A stretch of DNA of 44,739 bases from Candidatus Pacebacteria bacterium CG2_30_36_39 (GCA_001873435.1 MNZB01000001.1:81573-126311); one strand, 5' to 3'. Positions 26,754 through 35,174 are shown, counted from the stretch's first letter. Numbers and translations: made by a program. Notes: generated by a model not told the origin, from the letters alone.

Positions 26754-27755
26754 TTAGCGATTAATGGCTTTAGCAATATCTTCTCTAGTAAGTTGTATTA
26801 GGGCTTTGGCTTTTGGAGAGACAGAGATGAGTCCATCTAGGTTTAGGCCAGCTAGATTGCGTTCTAAAAAGGCTAGTTCTAATAGTTCATGGTCGAGCTC
26901 AGTTTGAGGGATGTTGTTTAAAATATATTCTTTCCAGGTTTTTCGTTGGACTAAAAGAGTTTCTAGAGAGATGTTTTCTGTGTTTGCTAGATCATATTGA
27001 TACCAGTGAAAGCCAAAGACAGCGTCATAAAATGGTTGACGCCATGACCAGTAGAGGTTGGAGAGGATTATTGTTTCTTTGTTTGTTTGGTAGAGGTCTC
27101 TGGTAGAAAAGTGGCCATGCATAAATTGCCAAGTTGTTTTATCTAGTTTTTTAGCTAAGTGGTTGATTCCTTTTTTAATTAGTTCTGGGTCGGTAGATTT
27201 TTTGAGTGGGTGGTTGGGATGGATTTCTGCTGAGATCTTTTGCCAGGTGGCAAAGTTTTTGAGGGTTTGTTCTGCTAGGGAGATATTTGGTTTTTCTAAC
27301 CAAGGTTTATTGAGGCATTTCTTTTTGTATTCATGGTAAAGGTTGAAGAAAGTAGTTATTTCTAGATTGGAGGCTGGTAAGTTTACTATTTTTTGGTGGT
27401 TGGTTTCTTCCATGATGATGGCTTCGAATTCTAGTTTTTCTTGCCAAGGAAGATAGAGATATATTTTGGGAGCACGGATTAGTTGGCTTTGGTTTTGGTT
27501 GGTGAAGTTTTCTATCATTAGGGCTTCACTAGTTGTTGGTTTGGTGCCCTGGATTTTGAGGATGGCTGGGGTGTTATTAAAACTACCACTATAGTGGATG
27601 GCACCAATTTTTTTTGAGTTCCACCAGCTACTTTTTTGTAAGGGCTTGTCTAGAACAAATGGTGTTTCAGTTTTGATATAGGCTAGGATTTGTTCTAGGC
27701 GTTCAGTTAGATCTTTGTTGCTGAAATATAGTTGAGAAACAGAGTTTTGTTTCAT
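26754..27755 (-). CDS. Protein-kinase-like/APH-fold phosphotransferase homolog with divergent catalytic motifs
   Basis: 'PAILKIQG' is the VAIK-like Lys strand and 'AIIMEE' the hinge. 'MHGHFSTRDL' sits where the HGDxxxxN loop would be, and 'ILSNLYWSW' where IDW/DFG would be. Confidence 0.35.
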   Translation of the reverse strand: MKQNSVSQLYFSNKDLTERLEQILAYIKTETPFVLDKPLQKSSWWNSKKIGAIHYSGSFNNTPAILKIQGTKPTTSEALMIENFTNQNQSQLIRAPKIYLYLPWQEKLEFEAIIMEETNHQKIVNLPASNLEITTFFNLYHEYKKKCLNKPWLEKPNISLAEQTLKNFATWQKISAEIHPNHPLKKSTDPELIKKGINHLAKKLDKTTWQFMHGHFSTRDLYQTNKETIILSNLYWSWRQPFYDAVFGFHWYQYDLANTENISLETLLVQRKTWKEYILNNIPQTELDHELLELAFLERNLAGLNLDGLISVSPKAKALIQLTREDIAKAINR

Positions 27756-27760
27756 TAAAA

Positions 27761-28768
27761 TTATTTTTCAGAATAAGTAATGCCCAAATGGGCATAAGCA
27801 GTTTTACTCACCACTCTACCCTTATTAGTACGCTTTAAAAAACCTACTTGAAGCAAATATGGCTCAATCACTTCCTCAATAGTCCCAGGATCCTCATGAA
27901 TAGTGGCAGCAATAGTACTCAAACCAACGGGACCACCACCATGCTTATCGATCATCTCAATTAAGAACCTGCGATCATTATGATCCAGTCCCAAGGCATC
28001 AATCGCAAACATATTCAAAGCTCTCTCAACTGAATTTGGAGTAACATCTCCACCATTCTCAATTTGAGAATAGTCCCTAACTCGCTTGAAAAGCTTAAGA
28101 GCAATTCTGGGAGTACCCCTTGATCTCTTGGCAATTGATAAGGCAGCAGCTGGATCAAGATTAACATTAAGCTTAGCAGCGCCATTAGTAATGATTCTCT
28201 GTAAACCCTTAGGATCATAAAACTCTAGTCTTTGAATAAGACCAAAACGGTCACGGAAAGGACCAGCTAATAAGCCAAACCTAGTGGTTGCTCCAACTAA
28301 AGTAAATTTGGGCAGATCAATCCGAACTGTCCTAGCTGATGGACCTTTGCCGATAACAATATCCAAAGCATAATCTTCCATGGCTGGATAAAGAGTTTCT
28401 TCTACAGCCTTTGACAAGCGATGGATTTCATCGACAAAAAGAATATCACCATCCTCCAAATTGGTGAGAATAGCTGCCAAATCACCGGTTTTAGTTAGGG
28501 CTGTACCAGAAGTAATCTTAATATTTACCCCCATCTCCTTGGCAATAATATGAGAAAGAGTAGTTTTACCCAAACCAGGCGGTCCATAAAGCAAGACATG
28601 GTCCATAGTTTCATGGCGTTGCTTAGCCGCTTCAATTGCAATTTGCAACGATCTCTTAGTGGTTTCTTGGCCATAAAACTCTTCCCAATCCTGAGCTCTA
28701 AGGGAAGTAAAAAGAATTTCTTCTTCAACATTTTGGGGGTCAGTAGTAAGAGAAATAGGCTCAAGCAT
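27761..28768 (-). CDS. ruvB: Holliday junction branch migration ATPase RuvB
   Basis: Walker A 'GPPGLGKTT', Walker B 'ILFVDEIHRL', sensor 'GATTR', and the 'EPYLLQVGFLKRTNKGRV' C-terminal winged helix. Confidence 0.95.
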   Translation of the reverse strand: MLEPISLTTDPQNVEEEILFTSLRAQDWEEFYGQETTKRSLQIAIEAAKQRHETMDHVLLYGPPGLGKTTLSHIIAKEMGVNIKITSGTALTKTGDLAAILTNLEDGDILFVDEIHRLSKAVEETLYPAMEDYALDIVIGKGPSARTVRIDLPKFTLVGATTRFGLLAGPFRDRFGLIQRLEFYDPKGLQRIITNGAAKLNVNLDPAAALSIAKRSRGTPRIALKLFKRVRDYSQIENGGDVTPNSVERALNMFAIDALGLDHNDRRFLIEMIDKHGGGPVGLSTIAATIHEDPGTIEEVIEPYLLQVGFLKRTNKGRVVSKTAYAHLGITYSEK

Positions 28769-28770
28769 AT

Positions 28771-29343
28771 TTATATGGCCTTAGAAAGTTTTTTTACAGC
28801 TGCTTTCAGCAATGACTCTACTGGTTGCTTGGTATCCAGTGTTTTGAGCACATCATGAATAAGGTTCTCTGGGAAACCCAGGCCCAATAAACCATCTAAA
28901 ACATCTTGCTCTGTTTGTGATAATGGACTAAGATCCAAATCTTTTAAACCGCCAAGCTTAGATTTGAGTTCAATAATAATTTTTTGGGCTAGTTTTTTAC
29001 CAACCCTAGGAATTGAGCTGAAAAAAGTAACATCTGCATTTTGCACTGCTGCAACCAATCTTTCTGCTCCAGTATCAATAATGGCCAAAGCAATTCTTGG
29101 TCCTACTCCTGATACAGATAAGACTAATTCGAAGAGTGATAGGTCTTTTTGATTCTGAAAACCAAAGAGCTTAAGAGCATCTTCTCTAACATGAGTATAG
29201 ATAAACAGAGAAATATCTTGTTCATCTTGAATTCTAAGGAAATATGAAGGGCCAACTTCAACTAAATAACCCACTCCACCAGTAGTGTGAATTAAAATTG
29301 CATTATTAAGTTTTTGGACCTTACCTGAAAGAAACCCGATCAT
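28771..29343 (-). CDS. ruvA: Holliday junction DNA helicase subunit RuvA
   Basis: 'MIGFLSGKV' at the N-terminus and the HhH region 'LVLSVSGVGPRIALAII' / 'IPRVGKKLAQKIIIELK'. Confidence 0.92.
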   Translation of the reverse strand: MIGFLSGKVQKLNNAILIHTTGGVGYLVEVGPSYFLRIQDEQDISLFIYTHVREDALKLFGFQNQKDLSLFELVLSVSGVGPRIALAIIDTGAERLVAAVQNADVTFFSSIPRVGKKLAQKIIIELKSKLGGLKDLDLSPLSQTEQDVLDGLLGLGFPENLIHDVLKTLDTKQPVESLLKAAVKKLSKAI

Positions 29344-29367
29344 CTTGAGAATAGTTTTATCACGTTT

Positions 29368-29874
29368 TTAGAGTGCTAACAACTTGCGCTGTGCTTGAAA
29401 AGTCATCATCACTGCTAAAGCATCGATGGCGTCATCAAGAACTTTTTTACTACCCAGATTCAATTGTAGCCTAACCATTTTCTCAATACTCTTTTTATCT
29501 GCTCGACCATAGCCAGTGACTGCTTGCTTAATTTGCAAAGGAGTAAATTCATAAAGCTTAATTCCATGAGTAAAACAAGTGCTCAAAATCACTCCCCTTG
29601 CCTCGCTGACCTTTAAAGCAGTTTTTTGGTTTTTAAAGAAAAATAAGGATTCAACCACAGCAATCTTTGGTTGATAAAGCTTAATAACTTCAGTTAGCTC
29701 TTGTTGTAATAATTGATAGCGATCAAAAAGAGTCATGGTCTTGGGAGTTTCAATACAACCATATTCTAGAGTTGTCCAGCTATTGCCATGAGGCACTCCT
29801 ATGGCCCAGCCCAAACGGTCATAGCCGGGATCAATTCCTAGAATGGGCACAGAAATTTTAGAGTTAACTACCAT
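29368..29874 (-). CDS. ruvC: Crossover junction endodeoxyribonuclease RuvC
   Basis: 'ILGIDPGYDRLGWAI' carries the catalytic Asp. 'AVVESLFF' and 'DDAIDALAV' are also present. Confidence 0.9.
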   Translation of the reverse strand: MVVNSKISVPILGIDPGYDRLGWAIGVPHGNSWTTLEYGCIETPKTMTLFDRYQLLQQELTEVIKLYQPKIAVVESLFFFKNQKTALKVSEARGVILSTCFTHGIKLYEFTPLQIKQAVTGYGRADKKSIEKMVRLQLNLGSKKVLDDAIDALAVMMTFQAQRKLLAL

Positions 29875-31066
29875 TATTTTCTCTTTTATTTACTACAGCC
29901 AAAAGAGTGGTTAAAATCTTTTCACCAGTCTTTTTCCAAGTAAATTCTTTACTGTGTTTTTTAGCGGTTCTACTCCAAGTTTGACGACGAATTTTGGGTG
30001 CAGTCCAGACTTTTTTCATGGCTCCTGCAATTGCCTGTGGATCATTAGGATTAACAAGTAAACCAGCCCTACCCACTGCTTCTGGCAAACTACTACTATC
30101 AGAAACAATTGCTGGTGTTCCAACAGAAAGAGATTCTAAAGGTGGAATACCAAAGCCCTCATAAAAACCAATCAACAAAGATGCCTGAGCATATTCATAG
30201 AGCGGTTTTTTTAGAGAATTATCCACAAAACCAGTTAAGACAATTTGATCTTTAATAGGTGAATTCTTAACTCTATTTAGTACTTTATCTGCTAGCCAAC
30301 CTGTTTTACCAGCAATAACCAGTTGCGGCCAGATCTCTCTAATTTTCTTAGCTTGAGCACCATGAACTTGATCGGCCGCTAGGTTGCGGTAAAAAATTTC
30401 AAAAGCCTCGATTAAAGCCTCCAAATTTTTACGAGGCTGAATAGTGCCTAGATAGAGAAAATATTGATTGGGTTGTAGCTTGTGTTTTTTTACAAAACTC
30501 TTCCATCGTAAATTAGAATATTTTTCTATCATTGCATATGAAGGATAGGCTACTTCAATTTTTTCCAAGGGAAGACCATAAGTTTGAGCAATTTCTTTTT
30601 TAGAAAATTCAGAGATAGTAATGATTTTCTTTGCTTTCAGCACACTATATTCAGTCCAGTGTTTAAGCTGAAAAGCATCTCTATTGGTAAATTGATCTGG
30701 GAATTTCAAGAAAGCCAAATCCATCACGCTGCTAACATAGGGAACGGCAGAAAAACGAGGAGCATAGTGCCCTGGTGTATAGAGGAGATCATAGACATTT
30801 TTGTTTTTAAATAAATGAATGGGCAATGCCCATTGTGTCCAAAATTTAGTTGGTTTAACTATTTCATAGTGCCACAAATTGTTTTCTGGAGGAAAATCTT
30901 CTTCTGGAGATTGAGCTAGCAAAATAGTCCAGTGGATGTCAGAACGAACTAAAGTAGTTTCGTGTAAATACTTAAGAATTTCAAAAGCATAGACATTACT
31001 ACCCACTCTATTTTTGACATTAGCTTCATTGCCATCAAAAGCAAAGCTATATCTCCTATTTTCCAT
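29864..31066 (-). CDS. Glycosyltransferase family 4
   Basis: 'LLIGFYEGFGIPPLESLSVGTPAIVS'. I preferred the start at ATG 31066 (MENRRYSFAFDGNE...) by analogy with the N-termini of neighbouring GT4 paralogs; ATG 31087 is also possible. The stop overlaps the ruvC start by 11 nt. Confidence 0.8.
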   Translation of the reverse strand: MENRRYSFAFDGNEANVKNRVGSNVYAFEILKYLHETTLVRSDIHWTILLAQSPEEDFPPENNLWHYEIVKPTKFWTQWALPIHLFKNKNVYDLLYTPGHYAPRFSAVPYVSSVMDLAFLKFPDQFTNRDAFQLKHWTEYSVLKAKKIITISEFSKKEIAQTYGLPLEKIEVAYPSYAMIEKYSNLRWKSFVKKHKLQPNQYFLYLGTIQPRKNLEALIEAFEIFYRNLAADQVHGAQAKKIREIWPQLVIAGKTGWLADKVLNRVKNSPIKDQIVLTGFVDNSLKKPLYEYAQASLLIGFYEGFGIPPLESLSVGTPAIVSDSSSLPEAVGRAGLLVNPNDPQAIAGAMKKVWTAPKIRRQTWSRTAKKHSKEFTWKKTGEKILTTLLAVVNKRENNGS

Positions 31067-32195
31067 AACGCTCAATCGCTTTCGCATAGACTTCTAAGGT
31101 TTGTTCAGCGACAAGATGCCAGCTGAACATATGCATTCTAATAATCATTCTTTGTAAGCGAGTACGTTGTTCTTCGGTGTTTTCATTTAACACTATTTCT
31201 ATGCCTTGCCTAATGCTTTGAACATTTTCTGGATCGACTAGTTGAGCAGCATTACCAGCTACTTCTAGCATGACTGGCAAGTCGGCAGTAATAACTGGGG
31301 TACCATGATAAAAGGCTTCTAGAATTGGAAGGCCAAAGCCCTCATCTAAACTGGGATAAGCAAATGCCTCGGCCTCTGCGTAGAGAACATTAAGTTCTAT
31401 ATCAGTGACTTTGCCCAAGAATCTTAGTCCAGGAATTTGATAGTTACCACTCTCATCCCAACCTGTTTCACCAGCAATTAAAAGATCAACTTCGTCTTTG
31501 ATTCCTTCCCAAGCCTCGATTAGTCTTTTGAGGTTTTTACGTGGTTCGCGAGTACCAACAAAGAGAATATATGGACGGGTGAGTACTAGTCTTTGTTTAA
31601 TTTGTTCACTTTGTTCTTCAGTTAGCCTTTCGTTGATCAAGCGGATTTCATAGGGCAAAGCCTCTGGAATAACAGTAATGCGGTAGGCTGGGATGCCCAA
31701 AAATTCAATAATGTCTCTTTTGGTAGCTTGAGAAACAGTAATGATTTCAGCGTCTCTTTCACGTAAGACTTTCCATGATTGTTGGTGAGCAGCTAAGATT
31801 TTAGGATGAGCTGTTTCTGGATATTTTAAGATAGCAAGATCATGAATAGTGGAGACTAATGGCAGATCTTTATCTGGTGGTTGAAGCCAATCCCAGCTAT
31901 GGAAAACGTCAATATCAGGCAAAATTTTTTTTATTGGGTTCAACCCCAGTTTCCATAAAATTGATAAGAGTGTAGGTGGGTAATTCTGGACTTTTAAGAC
32001 GTATTCCCCCACTGGCTTGGCCATGCTTAAAATTTCTTGAGCTTTGTTTTTTAGGATCTCGTTTTGACGGAAAGAAGAGCCATATAGAGCTAGATCAGCT
32101 CCTGGTTGTTCCATTAAGCTACGAATTAGGTTCTTGGTGTATCTAGAAACACCACGATCATAAATAGTTGGGGTAAAATCAATGCCGATTTTCAT
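31056..32195 (-). CDS. Glycosyltransferase family 4
   Basis: 'MKIGIDFTPTIYDRGVSRYTKNL' at the N-terminus and 'AYPSLDEGFGLPILEAFYHGTPVITA'. Confidence 0.85.
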   Translation of the reverse strand: MKIGIDFTPTIYDRGVSRYTKNLIRSLMEQPGADLALYGSSFRQNEILKNKAQEILSMAKPVGEYVLKVQNYPPTLLSILWKLGLNPIKKILPDIDVFHSWDWLQPPDKDLPLVSTIHDLAILKYPETAHPKILAAHQQSWKVLRERDAEIITVSQATKRDIIEFLGIPAYRITVIPEALPYEIRLINERLTEEQSEQIKQRLVLTRPYILFVGTREPRKNLKRLIEAWEGIKDEVDLLIAGETGWDESGNYQIPGLRFLGKVTDIELNVLYAEAEAFAYPSLDEGFGLPILEAFYHGTPVITADLPVMLEVAGNAAQLVDPENVQSIRQGIEIVLNENTEEQRTRLQRMIIRMHMFSWHLVAEQTLEVYAKAIERYGK

Positions 32196-32202
32196 AAATT
32201 AT

Positions 32203-32577
32203 TTAGCCGAACATTGTTCCAGACCACTTAGCCTTATATTCTTGTTTAACAGTTTTATCAACCAAACCTACTGAGGCTGGTTGTCCTTCAAATTTTACGA
32301 TACCCAGAGAAAGAAAACCGCCGGCAAAGCCAAATTTAACTCTGGCTTCTCCATCGGCTTCTAGTTCAGCAAAAAAAGTATCTACCATATTGTTATCAGT
32401 AATTTCTCTTATGGCATTGGTTTCGTCTGCTCCAGAAATGAAATTAAAGGCTTCTTTAAGAGCAGCTAATAATTGAGCAGGATCACCGCTTTCTACTGCA
32501 GCCATGATGTTTTCAGGGCCCATAGTTTCTGGTTTTTCGGTTTCTTCTTTTGGTAATTTTCTTTTTTCGTCTGCCAT
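32203..32577 (-). CDS. Acidic hypothetical protein (124 aa)
   Basis: ORF embedded in the operon with 7-nt and 52-nt gaps to its neighbours. No recognisable family. C-terminal 'RVKFGFAGGFLSLGIV' motif is shared with the 226-aa protein at 35229-35909. Confidence 0.55.
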   Translation of the reverse strand: MADEKRKLPKEETEKPETMGPENIMAAVESGDPAQLLAALKEAFNFISGADETNAIREITDNNMVDTFFAELEADGEARVKFGFAGGFLSLGIVKFEGQPASVGLVDKTVKQEYKAKWSGTMFG

Positions 32578-32629
32578 CTTTACTTTCTTGACTAATAACT
32601 AATAAATAATAGCATAAACCAGCTGAGCA

Positions 32630-34147
32630 TTAACGCTTAAGAGTGCTGATGGCACTATGGGTTCTGGCATAGATTCTTACAAACCCAATGCCTGGATAGT
32701 CAATGACTCCTCTACCAGTAAAGCCAAAGTCAGTTAGAGTTTCCAAGATTTTGTCTTGAGGATCAGTGAGAGTGCGTAAATAGTCAAAGACCAAGACATA
32801 TTCTTTGTCAAAGGTTGGCTTGAGTGTTTCTTTTAGACTAATCACATCTTGGACATGACGTCTGCCAGTAACCAAAGTGGGATATTCTGGTTCGTACCAA
32901 CGCCAGGGTGCAAAGGCACCATCAAAGGACATGATTACAAGGGTTGAACTGGCTGGAAAACGTTCAACAATAGTTTGTTTTAGCTCACGCCAGTTTTCTC
33001 GTTGTAAAGTAGTTTCGTGCCAGTAGCTTACTGTGCTCCAAAGATTGATGAAGAGAAAGAAATATAGTAGGAAGTGCAGGTTTTTATTAGATTCTTTATC
33101 TATTTTTTTCCAGGCCAATAACGAAGTGAATATTAAGTAAAAAAATGGTAGAGCAAACAAGACTCTCTTGGGTTGTATTACTGGAACAACAAATGAAATT
33201 AGCCAGGCTGTAATAAGGGGAAGAAATAAAAGTAAAGCCATTTGGTTTCGGGAGTCTAATTTTCGCCATAGCTTTGGGAGATTACCAAAGTTGTTTAGGA
33301 GATTTATCCACAGGTGCTTTGGGTTTTGCCAAAAAAGTTTTATACATAAAAACCCGAAGATGAAAATGGCAAATAGAAATGGCCAAGTCAGTTCTAGGTT
33401 TAGGACACCAAAAATGAATTTCAAGGGTACTAAAAGTAAGGCCTTAAATTGTGGGATGCTCACTACTGTTTCCCAACCTGGAATTTCTAGTCTTAGGCTT
33501 TGACCAGCTTTGAGTTGTTGAAAGAACATTGGCAACCATGGTAAGTACCCAATAGTGATTAGCAGAGTGGTTTGTAAGAGTTTTGCTATTGATCGTTGTC
33601 TGAACCACAAAACTATTATTTGAGTAATTAATAGAAAGGGATAGAGATATGAGGAGTAGAGGCCAGCAAGAGAAAAGAGGATGAATTTCCAGTTGTTAAA
33701 TGGTTTGGTGATTAGGGCAAGTGTACTTAATGAGCCCCACATGGCTGGCAAACTATATGGTCTGAGTTCTTGTGAATAAAAAATGTGGAAAGAGGAAGTG
33801 GCGAGCAGGAGGGCTGTCCAGAGTCCAACTTTTTCTGAAAAAAGTTTCTTACCAATTTGGTAGCTAGCCCAAATGGTTATGATTCCTGGAATAAGGGCTC
33901 CCCACATTCTTAGCCACCATTCTTGATAGGAGAAGTAAGTGGCAAAGTGGATTAGGTAATGTAAGAGTGGTGGCTGGAAGTCGGCTACGATATCTAGTTG
34001 TTCAGCAAGGGGGCGACTGCTTTCTATGGCTTGAGCAGCTTCATCTAGCCAAAAAGAGCCAGTGAGTAGTGGGAGGCGTAGGATTAGGGCAAAAGCTATT
34101 ATGAGCCAAATGGGTTTTTTGAGGAGATGACTAATGATTTTTCTCAC
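32630..34147 (-). CDS. GT-C fold membrane glycosyltransferase (ArnT/PMT_2-like)
   Basis: More than 10 TM helices. First-loop 'LTGSFWLDEAAQAIES' (WxDE-type motif). The start is uncertain. The only in-frame start codon downstream of the 34199-34228 hairpin is GTG 34147. The listed ATG 34288 lacks an SD and would overlap the upstream gene and the hairpin. Confidence 0.65.
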   Translation of the reverse strand: MRKIISHLLKKPIWLIIAFALILRLPLLTGSFWLDEAAQAIESSRPLAEQLDIVADFQPPLLHYLIHFATYFSYQEWWLRMWGALIPGIITIWASYQIGKKLFSEKVGLWTALLLATSSFHIFYSQELRPYSLPAMWGSLSTLALITKPFNNWKFILFSLAGLYSSYLYPFLLITQIIVLWFRQRSIAKLLQTTLLITIGYLPWLPMFFQQLKAGQSLRLEIPGWETVVSIPQFKALLLVPLKFIFGVLNLELTWPFLFAIFIFGFLCIKLFWQNPKHLWINLLNNFGNLPKLWRKLDSRNQMALLLFLPLITAWLISFVVPVIQPKRVLFALPFFYLIFTSLLAWKKIDKESNKNLHFLLYFFLFINLWSTVSYWHETTLQRENWRELKQTIVERFPASSTLVIMSFDGAFAPWRWYEPEYPTLVTGRRHVQDVISLKETLKPTFDKEYVLVFDYLRTLTDPQDKILETLTDFGFTGRGVIDYPGIGFVRIYARTHSAISTLKR

Positions 34148-34198
34148 CTTCTCATCATAACCTGCTGGTTGTCTGTGGTGAAGATGATTTTTGAGGTT

Positions 34199-34228
34199 GT
34201 TCCATCCCGTCTCACGACGGGATGGAAC
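34199..34228 (-). other. Perfect 13-bp inverted repeat with a 4-nt loop (hairpin), without a U-tract
   Basis: GTTCCATCCCGTC-TCAC-GACGGGATGGAAC. It begins 7 nt downstream of the TAG of the 114-aa gene. Confidence 0.8.
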
Positions 34229-34235
34229 TTGTGGG

Positions 34236-34580
34236 CTAGAACAGGTGATAGAGTTGGTTGATTGGCATTCTGCTGGTAATTGAGGCATATAGTAAAAGCA
34301 AGATGATTACTTTTCCCAAATGCAACAAAACCAGGTTCATGCCGTTGTTCAGCCCCAAGATGAAGCTGGCTATCAACCCGCCCAAAAACACTGCCCAACC
34401 TGAGATGTCGTGGAATGGTTGGAAACCACTCAAGAAAATAGATGACATGACTGCGAGAATCATTGTTAGCCAACTATTTCCTGTTGCGCACTGAATTGAA
34501 ATCAGTGACCACACCCAGGCGATGAGGGACAACAGCAGAAGAGCTATTAGTCCCAGGACTTCTAAGAACGTGAGTTCCAT
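34236..34580 (-). CDS. Small integral membrane protein (114 aa, about 4 TM), unknown family
   Basis: Consensus SD AAAGGAGG lies 6 nt upstream of ATG 34580. There are four hydrophobic segments. Confidence 0.65.
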   Translation of the reverse strand: MELTFLEVLGLIALLLLSLIAWVWSLISIQCATGNSWLTMILAVMSSIFLSGFQPFHDISGWAVFLGGLIASFILGLNNGMNLVLLHLGKVIILLLLYASITSRMPINQLYHLF

Positions 34581-34612
34581 TGAAGCCTCCTTTAGAAATT
34601 GATCTCTAGTTA

Positions 34613-34650
34613 CCTATTGTTTGGCGCGAGGCCAAACAGAGATAAATAGG
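34613..34650 (-). promoter_or_regulatory. Two-tier hairpin in the 5' region of the 114-aa gene
   Basis: The minus strand reads CCTATT-TATCTCT-GTTTGGC-CTCGC-GCCAAAC-AATAGG. The internal loop TATCTCT is complementary (6/7) to AGAGATC, located 5 nt downstream of the hairpin. Confidence 0.5.
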
Positions 34651-34683
34651 TTTTCAATTTCTTTTTTCCTTATTAAAGAACTA

Positions 34684-34709
34684 CTCCCTCTGTCTTGCAA
34701 CAGAGGGAG
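34684..34709 (-). terminator. Probable intrinsic terminator after the 97-aa gene
   Basis: Perfect 10-bp stem CTCCCTCTGT/ACAGAGGGAG with a 6-nt loop, 17 nt after the stop codon. It is followed by the U-rich sequence TAGTTCTTTAAT. Confidence 0.55.
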
Positions 34710-34725
34710 CGTGATGACATCATTT

Positions 34726-35019
34726 CTAGCGAAGCCAGAAGATGGTGCCGGTGAAAACATAGGTGATAACCGCCCAGCTGGTGAGCGGGATCAAGAGCAA
34801 GCCGATTGTGCGCCACCAACCTTTGAGGTAGATAGCGCAGAGAAAGCCCACGAAGCTGTAGACTGCCCAGAATAGTGGATAGAGTTCGCCGCTTAAAATA
34901 GCCAGTCCTCCAAACACTACGAGGCAGTAAGCCAGCATTTTCCAGTGAGTTTTCAGCATCCAGATGCCAGGAATGATCCAGGCAGCCAAATGAATCAAAA
35001 TCTTTGTCCAGTCAACCAT
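34726..35019 (-). CDS. Small Trp-rich integral membrane protein (97 aa, about 4 TM), unknown family
   Basis: Near-perfect SD AAAGGAGGTGA lies 6 nt upstream of ATG 35019. There are four hydrophobic segments. Confidence 0.65.
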   Translation of the reverse strand: MVDWTKILIHLAAWIIPGIWMLKTHWKMLAYCLVVFGGLAILSGELYPLFWAVYSFVGFLCAIYLKGWWRTIGLLLIPLTSWAVITYVFTGTIFWLR

Positions 35020-35168
35020 GTTTTTTCACCTCCTTTGTTTTTTTAGGATGTGTGCACTGTGTCCTTGCTGGTAAGCAAAGCTACAGTGGTACATCCTCAA
35101 AAGCATTGAAGGTTTACACCAGTTATTAAGTTGCAGAAGTTTTCTTGCGTTAAGAAATTTCTACCAGA
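35020..35168 (-). promoter_or_regulatory. Structured 5' leader of about 150 nt (candidate cis-regulatory RNA) upstream of the 97-aa gene
   Basis: 53-nt three-tier hairpin at 35045-35097 and a second hairpin at 35135-35162. Two CUGGU(A/G) boxes are complementary to the apical loop UACCAG. An A-rich linker runs into the SD. Confidence 0.45.
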
Positions 35169-35174
35169 CTACTT

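Noticed and set aside
34144-34494. Alternative-frame ORFs 34144-34473 (-) and 34258-34494 (+) overlapping the 114-aa gene.
   Set aside because: They are shadow frames of the SD-preceded 114-aa membrane ORF. Their composition is low-complexity or non-membrane, and they lack start-site signals.
34621-34875. Plus-strand 84-aa ORF (MARGQTEINRF...) in the small-TM region.
   Set aside because: It is antisense to the 97-aa membrane ORF and has no SD. Its 5' part is made of the intergenic hairpin sequences. The opposite-strand ORF has a near-perfect SD and coherent TM segments.
35045-35097. The 53-nt hairpin read as an intrinsic terminator for the 226-aa gene.
   Set aside because: No U-tract follows it on either strand; an A-run follows on the minus strand. 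It lies downstream of an extended -10 box and directly upstream of an SD, so a leader element is the better reading.
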